Shown one piece after another: positions 55,847-64,000 of a stretch of 64,000 nucleotides of DNA. Numbering within the stretch: position 1 is the first letter of the stretch; every line of letters begins with the position of its first letter. The DNA is from Takakia lepidozioides. Lineage: Eukaryota > Plantae > Bryophyta. The translations under genes and the position numbers were made by a program. The stretch is from assembly GCA_030704615.1 (NCBI GenBank), contig CM060734.1, positions 186,001-250,000 of the forward strand. Reading direction: 5' to 3'. The notes below the pieces were generated by a model, which searched no databases, was not told where the DNA came from, and saw nothing but the letters and a program-made list of their open reading frames with translations.

Positions 55847-58800
55847 ATGGCGGATATAACGGATTACACGCTCGCTTTACTTCTCACGCAGTGGCGCAAG
55901 GACGAACAAATTGAGAGTATATTCTCTCTCACTCGATACTTGCAAGCCCCACAGGCTTACACACTCTTACCTGTTCCATTCTGTGCCAACCATACCTTTA
56001 TGCTCTGTGCCCTGCAAGCTTTCCTACAGCTGTTTCAAACAAGGCCTTTTTGTTTGTCTAGAATGAAGAGAATGAGGGGAATGGAGGATATCAGGGTGAA
56101 GAGCACCACGATTATGCAAAAGCAAACAATTGCTACACCGAAGGCAGTGCAGCTGCTGAGGGAGTTGCGATTGGAGGGGCTGCTATGCAAGGATTGGTCC
56201 TTGCATCATCGGCAGTATATGATTCAATTTCTTCATAACTTTGAGCCTCGGACGGGATTACCCAGGTGAGGGGAGTAGATATAGAAATTACTCCCAGTAC
56301 TTGCAGCAATTGTTTAATTTGCCATCGGGTCATGTGGATGTGGATGAGCACAGGGCAAGATTGCAGATAGGGAATTTGTTCCAAGAAGGGAGTTTCTTTA
56401 AGACTCAAAGTTACGCTTGTACCAAAGCCGAGTACCCAGGGCTCAGAGAAGTTGGCCAAATATTGAACGTTCTGTTTGCCATGAAACAGAACCAACAGTA
56501 TTTGAGCAGGTCATTCACAAAGGAGATCCTGAAAGCTTTGAGGGGAGAGGATGTAGCTTGGCCAGAGTTAATGTACAATGGTCTGGTGGAAGAGATGAAG
56601 AGGTTACAAGGCACTGCTGCTAAGTCTCCGATCATTGTGTCTGGTCCAGTCATTGCCCAAATCATTCTTGACTCTTGCATACTTGATACTCGGGAACGTA
56701 AGGAGATGAGAGTGTTTGAGGCAGTAACCACTGCAATTGAAGAGCAGGGCTCTTCACATAGTGAGGGTGGACTGGCAGGGCAACATCAGTCTAAGAGACA
56801 GAAGCGGGGTATGACTGTAGTGGCGGATCCACTGGCTTCACGGAAACCGCAAGATGATGTTTCCCAAGCTCTTGTGCAGGATGGGGCACAGCAGCACATA
56901 GGGCTGTTATTATTGGAAGCACGGCCTTCGAAGAGGGAAGAAGAAGTCACTTTGGTACCATAGCCATCACAACCAGTTAACTCAGTTGTCTCAGAGGTTC
57001 CACAGTTAGAACATGCTGTGACACCACCCCCAATTGCTCTGGACGGAGAAAGGTTGGACATTCCCACTACAGAGCAGGTTGTGGCAGAAATTGAGAAGGG
57101 TGACCTTCTCTATGAAATCTCTTGCTTGGTAAGGGAATCAGTGGTTCTAGAGGTGCAGAGTTTGTCCAGGGAAATCCCTGCTGTGCATGTAATACCCACA
57201 CCTGTGACGGAGGTACCAGGGATAGAATATAAAGACACTGCAGCACCTGTGGAGGATGAGGTGGTTCAGGAAAAGGATCCGGTGGGGCAATGGCCTGAAT
57301 GGTTGGTGAAACATCACACTATGGAAGATCAGGGGGAATAGCAGCAAGTTCACCATGATGATCCCCAGCAGGCCATGCTTATGAGTTCCATAAGCATGAC
57401 ACTCAATTTGTTGGGCACTTATGTGAAATCCCATGTTTCATCTACCCAATTGGCAGCTTTGAGGGAGGAACTCAAGAAGGAGTTTGAGACTTGAATTGCC
57501 ACTGAGTGTGCTAACAAGGTAGATGAGGAGGTCAATCTCAAGTTACAGCAAGAGTTGGAGGACACAAAGGCTGCCTTGTAGTTGGCTAAGGGACATTTGA
57601 TTGAAGCAGGTCTCGAGCAGGACCAGTTGCATGAAGCACATAAACAACAGTTATACCAATTGCAGGTGAAGCATGAGGGCAAGTTGCAAGAAATGAACGT
57701 ACTACATACAAAGTTGGAGGCAGTACATCAGAGGATGACCATACAATGTGCTACACTCACAACTGCTCTAGAGCAAACTACATTAGAAGTTAACAGACAA
57801 GGGGGGAGATGTATGATGGCAGAAGCTGAGATAATAGAGCAAGGGAAACTCATTGTTGATTTGCAGGCTACAATCTGTCGCAATGAGAATACTTTCCAAC
57901 AGTACAGACAGGTTGAGGCTGACTAGGAGAGGTACATCCTGGAGTTGCAACAAACAGTCATGGTCAATAGAAATGAACTCTCTATGGCTAACAAGGCTTG
58001 GAAGGAAGCCAATAATCTGGCTGCTACCTATGCGGGCTTGGTTGAACCTCATGCGAAGCGCATGGAGACTTTACAGCAGTAGTTAGATGTGTACAGACTC
58101 ACGGAGGAGCAGACTCTCAAGGGTGCCACATAGGACTTGGTGGATAACCACCTTATGCAGGTCTGGTTAGCACAAGGGCCGGTAGAAGGCAAAGCACCAA
58201 GGAAGCTCACCCAGGGCGAGATGAATGAGCTCAGATTGCAGGTGCAGAACATTGCCACAACTACTATAGGCAATCTCTATAGTAGGACAGCGGAGCTACA
58301 GGAGGATGTGGAAGGCCTGCAGACTCAAGTGGATGACATGAGTTCAAATATTGACAATAAAGTCTTTGTTCCTGAGGAGCAGTTGATGGCTACTTATTTA
58401 CATGCCAAGACTCTAATTTTTCAGTCTTCTTTGCAGGGGGTGCAGGAGATGCCAATGGTAGAAGGGCCAGTGGTACCAATACCACATCAGGTGCCTGTGC
58501 AGGTAGCTGATCCTGTTGCTACTACAGCCAAACCACAGCCTGAGGTATGGGGGGATGCTGCTTTTAACCCACCTAGGACTCCTGCTGCACGGGAGTACAG
58601 TCAGGCTATGATTATGCCCTTCAACCAAATTCCCATTGTGCTGGATTTGGCTTCGAAGGAGTTTAGTCCTCCGCAGTCGTTGGCACATTACTACCAGATC
58701 ATGCGCATTTGGTTGCCAGTGGCAACTCGGACTAAGGTTCTTCCAAACAATCGCCCCATTGAGGATCATCACTTTGCAAGGTACTGGTCTAAGGCAGGTA

Positions 58801-59180
58801 CCATGCTGAAGGAATTAATTGCCTTCCAGGTTGTACATGGGTACATCTATACCAAGACCAAGGAGGTATCTAGTATTGTCATGGGCTGTGGATTATACTA
58901 TGCTGCTTGTTTTATGGCACGTTATCACATTGAGCAGCAGAAGATGCAATCACGATTTCTGAGTTATTCCAGTGGGGATCATTGGGTCTTACCTTCAGTG
59001 CCACCTCATATGTACCTATATGATGCGAAAGTTATGATGCAGAAGGATTCCCAACTTCGTTCATGGTTTAATTCGGCTTGAAACAATTTGGCAACACAGA
59101 AATTCGGCCCTGAGGATATTTTCTTTAAGGGACATGAAGCCTGGAAATACTTACATTGTTCCAAAGTCATTGGCACACCT
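55847..59180 (+). pseudogene. Long additional 3' ORF of the LTR retrotransposon (~1100 codons, coiled-coil rich), decayed and interrupted at 59181
   Basis: ORFs starting at 56241, 57018, 57582, 58137 and 59088 share one frame, broken by single stops, with one frameshift near 56260. It lies downstream of the integrase on the same strand. Confidence 0.65.
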
Positions 59181-59664
59181 GAGGTTAGCTATTTCATGAG
59201 CATGAGCGGCATGAGCGGAGTAGCAAAACAATTGGTTTTCATGAGCAGAAGTACAAATTTTGGAAATAAAAAACATTAAAAAACATTATTTTCAATGGAA
59301 TGTGTCAGGAAAAAAAAAAAACCAATATAATATTCATTGTTTGAAGTAAAAATTGTAGTTTTGAGAGCCGTGCTCATGATATTTCGTCTTCCGCTCATGT
59401 GAATTCCGAGCGACATCTGCAAAAATGGCGCCGAATTTCGCGGTAATAGGTTCCACAACCGGAGAAAGCTGCGACGTATTTCGCGGTAATAGGTGTCTCC
59501 GGCGAAAAATGGTGCCAAATTTCGCGGCTATAGGTCCCAACATGGCAGGTGTGTAAGCCCAAAATTTGAAAATGTGGCGCCGAATTTCGGTACATGGTGC
59601 CGGGGATTGCACAGATGTTGGGCAGTTCTTGGGCCATGTAACTGGAGATTCGGCGCCATTTTCT

Positions 59665-61258
59665 CAGACATCGGACTTGCGGTGCTCGACAAGACCTCCT
59701 CGGGCAACATCACGGGACCACCAGGGAGCGTGCGAATATTCTTGTCAGCTCGCCATGGATCGTCTTCTCCGCCAGGTGCCTCGTCAAGTCTTCGTCTCAC
59801 TGGACGGGTGTGAACATCTCCTTTCAAGTGTTGGCCACTTCGAAGCAATGGCGTGCCCCGAAGGCCCTCTCGCAAGGCTGCCACCCACTTGCGAGGATTC
59901 TTCGATCTGGAGGCAGTCTGCATCAGCATTTCCTGCCTGTCCGGCCCCAAGCCCCACTGTTTCTCTTTCAAGAACTCGTTGTACCTGCATTGCTGCATAA
60001 TTGACCTGACAATGTCCTCAGTTGTGGCAGTGAGGATGTCCACCAGATGCGCCGCAGAGGAGGCACGCCAGGAAGAATGTACTGATTCGGCCATGTTTGT
60101 TGTCGGCATGTCGGTGTCGGAGTCGAGACACATTTCCTGCACATGCACATGTTCAGGTTACAAGCAAATTACAAATAATGAGTAGCTAGCATAATATTCA
60201 ACGGGACGCAGATTTGTCCAACTCACCTCCCGCATATAGTCGCCGAACTGGAGGAAACGATAATGCCACCATGCTAGCCAACTGACCATTGCTCCCTCGT
60301 CTGATTTCTTTACAGCACCTGACGTTGTCCACCAAGCCCGTATACATGCAAACTGTGTCTCTACATCATCCAAGGTGGGAGCACACTTCCACGCAAGACA
60401 CATGGAACGGTGCTCCTCTCTGAAATCTGGCGCCACGAGCCTGGTTGTGTACTGCGACAAGCTCTGCAGAAAATGGAACCCACAAGATCTCTCCTTGCTT
60501 TTCATCGGAACATTGGGGTCTTCCCCGTACACCCTTCGGATGGCAGCCCAATTTGCTTGTGCGTTGTCCGCCATGAAACCACTAAAATTGGGAGGGGGAA
60601 ATCTTGCCCTGGCCATCTGTTCGTTTATTCCCTGCCAAAGAAGCATCTCCAATTGTGTGTCCTCTCCTTTCATCTCACAAATAACAACTGTCATTAGCAT
60701 CCTGCAGTGGGTGTCGTAGACATGTGCACCCATTGTCACCCACTGGTGATTTGTAATTCGCTTGATATGGTCGAACATGACCCAATTGTTTGACAAGTCC
60801 CCACTCGTCATCCGGTGGACCAGTTCGACGCCGCTGCCAGGCCCACACGTTGACATTTTGAATACGAAACAACGATCTGCCTCAGTCCCTTGTCCTGGAA
60901 ATCTACTTCCATGAATGTAGTCATATCGACATCGTCACTTCACCTCCTGAATGGAGTGCATATCCGAGCCACGCCCAATTCTCTGTTTGCAGGAGACAAT
61001 GTGGTTTCGGACATTCAGTGAACAGACGTGGAACACCGACTCTAGCAATGCCTCCATTTCCTTCTCATCGAAAGGAACTCTGTCGGAGCCGTCTTCCGAC
61101 ATAATTCTGGCCAATGCCATCTTATGGGCGCCCTGCAGCTGTATCTGTTTGGGTTTGGCACCAGGTCTCAACTTAACCTCCTCCTGAACGAGCTGCTCTG
61201 CCTCGTGGGCAGCCTCCCGCGAGTTACCCCTCGTCAATTTGTGACAATGGGAACCAAT
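59665..61258 (-). pseudogene. Partial Mutator-like transposase (DDE core only; GCM-like N-terminus and SWIM deleted)
   Basis: Close homolog of ~34455-36030, with VMFDHIK, MADNAQA, CGFH, TNMAES and the same intron. Confidence 0.9.
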
Positions 61259-62590
61259 GTGTCGGATGAAGTCGTCTCAGGGGGACAGGCCGACACCTGG
61301 CCGACAGAGAACATCCCTCGGATGGAAAAACGGCGCCGAATTTCCATTAGAGGCCGTTCGGATGAAGTGGTCTCGGGGGGAGAGGCCGACACCTGGCCGA
61401 CAGAGAATATCCCACGGATGGAAAAATGGCGCCGAATTTCAATACGAGGCCCGTCAGATGAAGTCGTCTCGGAGGAGAGGCCGACACCTGGCCGACAGAG
61501 AACATCCCTTGGATGGAAAAACGGCGCCGAATCTCCAATGAGGCCATTCGGATGAAGTTGTCTTGGGGGTAGAGGCCGACACCTGGCCTACAGAGAATAT
61601 CCCCCGGATGGCAAAACGGCGCCGACTTTCCATCCGAGGCCGTTCGGATGAAGTTGTCTCGGGGGGAGAGGCCGACACCTGGCCGACAGAGAACATCCCA
61701 CGGATGGAAAAATGGCGCCGAATTTCCATACGAGCCCCGTCGGATGAAGTCGTCTCGGGGGGAGAGGCCGACACCTGGCCGACAGAGAACATCCATCGGA
61801 TGGAAAAACGGCGCCGAATTTCCATCCGAGGCCGTTCGGATGAAGTCATCTCGTGGGGAGAGGACGACACCTGGCCGACAGAGAACATCCCTCGGATGGA
61901 AAAACGGCGCCGAATTTCCATCCGAGGCTGTTCGGATGAAGTGGTCTCAGGGGGAGAGGCCGACACCTGGCCGACAGAGAACATCCCTTGGATGAAAAAA
62001 CGGCGCCGAATTTCCATCCGAGGCCGTTCGGATGAAGTCGTCTCGTGGGGAGAGGACGACACCTGCCCGACAGAGAACATCCCCCGGATGGAAAAACGGC
62101 GCCGAATTTCCATCCGAGGCCGTTCGGATGAAGTCGTCTCGGGGGGAGAGGCCGACACCTGGCCAACAGAAAACATCCCCCGGATGAAAAAAACGGCGCC
62201 GAATTTCCATCCGAGGCCGTTCGGATGAAGTCGTCTCGGGGGGAGAGGCGGACACCTGGCCGATAGAGAATATCCCCCGGATGGAAAAACGGCGCCGAAT
62301 TTCCATTCGAGGCCCGTCGGATGAAGTCGTCTCGTGGGGAGAGGCCGACACCTGGCCGACAGAGAACATCCCCCGGATGGAATAACGGCGCCGAATTTCA
62401 GGACGAGGCCCGTCGGATGAAGTTGTCTCGGGGGGAGAGGCCGACATCTAGCCGACAGAGAACATCCCTCGAATGGAAAAACGACACCGTATTTCCATCC
62501 AAGGCCGCACGGATGGAGTCGTCTCGGGGGGAGTGGCTGAAAGAGATCATCTGCAGGATGGAAAAACAGTGCCGAATATCCATCAACCAA
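61259..62590. repeat. 96-bp tandem array x~13-14 with core GGATGGAAAAACGGCGCCGAATTTCCATCC
   Basis: Cores near 61331, 61427, 61522, 61617, 61713, 61809, 61905, 62001, 62097, 62194, 62290, 62386. Confidence 0.95.
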
Positions 62591-62719
62591 CGCCCGTATC
62601 GACCCTTCATCAACAATTTTGATTCATTTTTCGCGTTTTTTTGTCTAATCAGTCACTCAACTTAGAGTTTTTCGCCTGCGGTCCACTTTTTGGCACGTTA
62701 TGCCCACCAATGTCGTCCG

Positions 62720-64000
62720 GTAGAGACAAATTCGGTGTCGGATTTCCATCCATGAGGTGGACCGATTTACTTGCAGGATGGAAATTCGGTGCCGATTTTC
62801 CATCCTGCAGCCCTCCGGTTTACCTGCAGGATGGAAATTCGGCGCCGGTTTTCCATCCTGCAGCGCTCCGGTTTACCTGCAGGATGGAAATTCGGTGCCG
62901 GAATATGTGCCATCCGCCCCAGGGACTTAGCCATTTTTGGACCCTGTACTGGAAAAATGGCACCATTTTTCCAGTACAGGGTCCAAAAATGGCTAAGTCC
63001 CAGAAATAACTGGGCCCGGAACTGGGAAAATGGCGCCGAATTTCCAGAATATGTGCCATCCGCCCCAGGGACTTAGCCATTTTCGGACCCTGTACTGGAA
63101 AAATGGCGTCATTTTTCCAGTACAGGGTCCGAAAATGGCCAAGTCCCAGAACTGACTGGGCCCGGAACTGGAAAAATGGCGCCGAATTTCCAAACTGTGC
63201 CAGCCACCCCCGGGGCTTAGCCATCCGCCCCATGGCCGGAAACAGGAAATTCGGCGTCATTTTTCTAGGGGCTTCACAACTAATTTTCATGCGCTACATA
63301 CGGCAACTTACATCCTGGAAATGTAGGGACTACAATGGCCACGGATCAAAGAAAGGCAACGCGTATGTACCTGTACAGAATGCTCGTTGCCGCTTTGTCG
63401 CCGTTCGGCTGGTCGGCATTGCCGCATTGCCGCCCGTAGTACAAAGGCTTCAGTTTGCGACGCGGTCTCGATGTGGGGTTCTCTCAAGAGAGCCACGCCC
63501 TTCTCCACGCGGCATACGTCCAAGTAAAAGAAAAAATCTCCCGCAGAATGCGTGCGTACATGCCTCGAATGGAACTTCAACCACCCGTCACATCAGGTGT
63601 TGAAGGCGTATCCGGGAAGCAAGCGCGGTATCCGTGTGGAACGTCCGGTTCAAAACAGACGGCAGAGGACATTTAATGCGGAACTGCGCCCTTAAATGTA
63701 GGTATGGAGGTCGCCCACAGGCGCCACCTGGCCCACCCTCCCCCCGAGACTTCATCAACAGCCCGCTGGATGGAAAAAAATGACGCCGAATTTCCATTCA
63801 GCGGATGAATGTGGCACCGTGGCCCTCCCTCCGCCCGAGACGTTCTCATCCAGAAGCAGCCGGATGGAAAACTGGCGCCGAATTTCCATCCTGCAGGTAA
63901 ACCGGAGCGCTGCAGGATGGAAAACCGGCACCGAATTTCCATCCTGCAGGTAAACCGGAGCGCTGCAGGATGGAAAACCGGCACCGAATTTCCATCCTGC
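62720..64000. repeat. 53-bp and GGGACTTAGCC-type palindrome arrays flanking a cargo-gene-like fragment (63340-63700, minus)
   Basis: 53-bp units at 62772, 62825, 62878 and 63860-64000. The minus strand at 63350-63415 reads DQPNGDKAATSILYRYIRVAFL, homologous to 46768-46835. Confidence 0.8.

Larger units (their letters stand above)
59181..64000 (-). mobile_element. Second, internally deleted copy of the Mutator-like element (continues beyond the window)
   Basis: Begins GAGGTTAGCTATTTCATGAGCATGAGCGGC, the same terminus as 37760 read inward. Contains a partial transposase and palindrome arrays. Confidence 0.9.

Noticed and set aside
61124-62665. Long repetitive ORFs such as MEKRRRISIRGRSDEVVSGGEADTWPTENIPR (also MEIRRRISI ORFs at 30691-33226)
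   Set aside because: By-products of a 96-bp (multiple of 3) palindromic repeat. They are open in several frames on both strands and are broken by indels.

Overview
Eukaryotic, TE-dense plant DNA. The host is probably a bryophyte-grade land plant; this is inferred from a DEAH4-like helicase gene, an NRPD2/NRPE2 fragment and the TE types. There is one spliced host gene, a DEAH-box RNA helicase (6142-14726, minus, 15 exons traced), whose introns carry four insertions of one LINE family. The rest is nested, mostly decayed TEs: Dualen-like LINEs, Ty3/Gypsy and hAT. The main result is a ~14 kb Mutator-like element, reconstructed from two related termini (37760 and 50376) and a 9-bp TSD (TGCTTACAG) that splits a Gypsy integrase. 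An apparent ~15 kb inversion (~29490-44738) has broken the element in two. It carries (i) a GCM-like/DDE/SWIM transposase, (ii) a divergently oriented, intron-containing gene for a ParB/Srx-like domain fused to a beta-class (N4C/N6A) DNA methyltransferase-like domain, and (iii) roughly 70-80 copies (eye count, both element copies) of the palindrome GGAAATTCGGCGCCGAATTTCC. These palindromes lie in several different tandem arrays whose periods (53, 74-75, 85, 95-96 bp) are all near whole helical turns. This looks like a transposon-borne ParB/parS-like DNA-marking or anti-silencing system, which is a hypothesis. A second, internally deleted copy of the element begins at 59181 and runs off the window.
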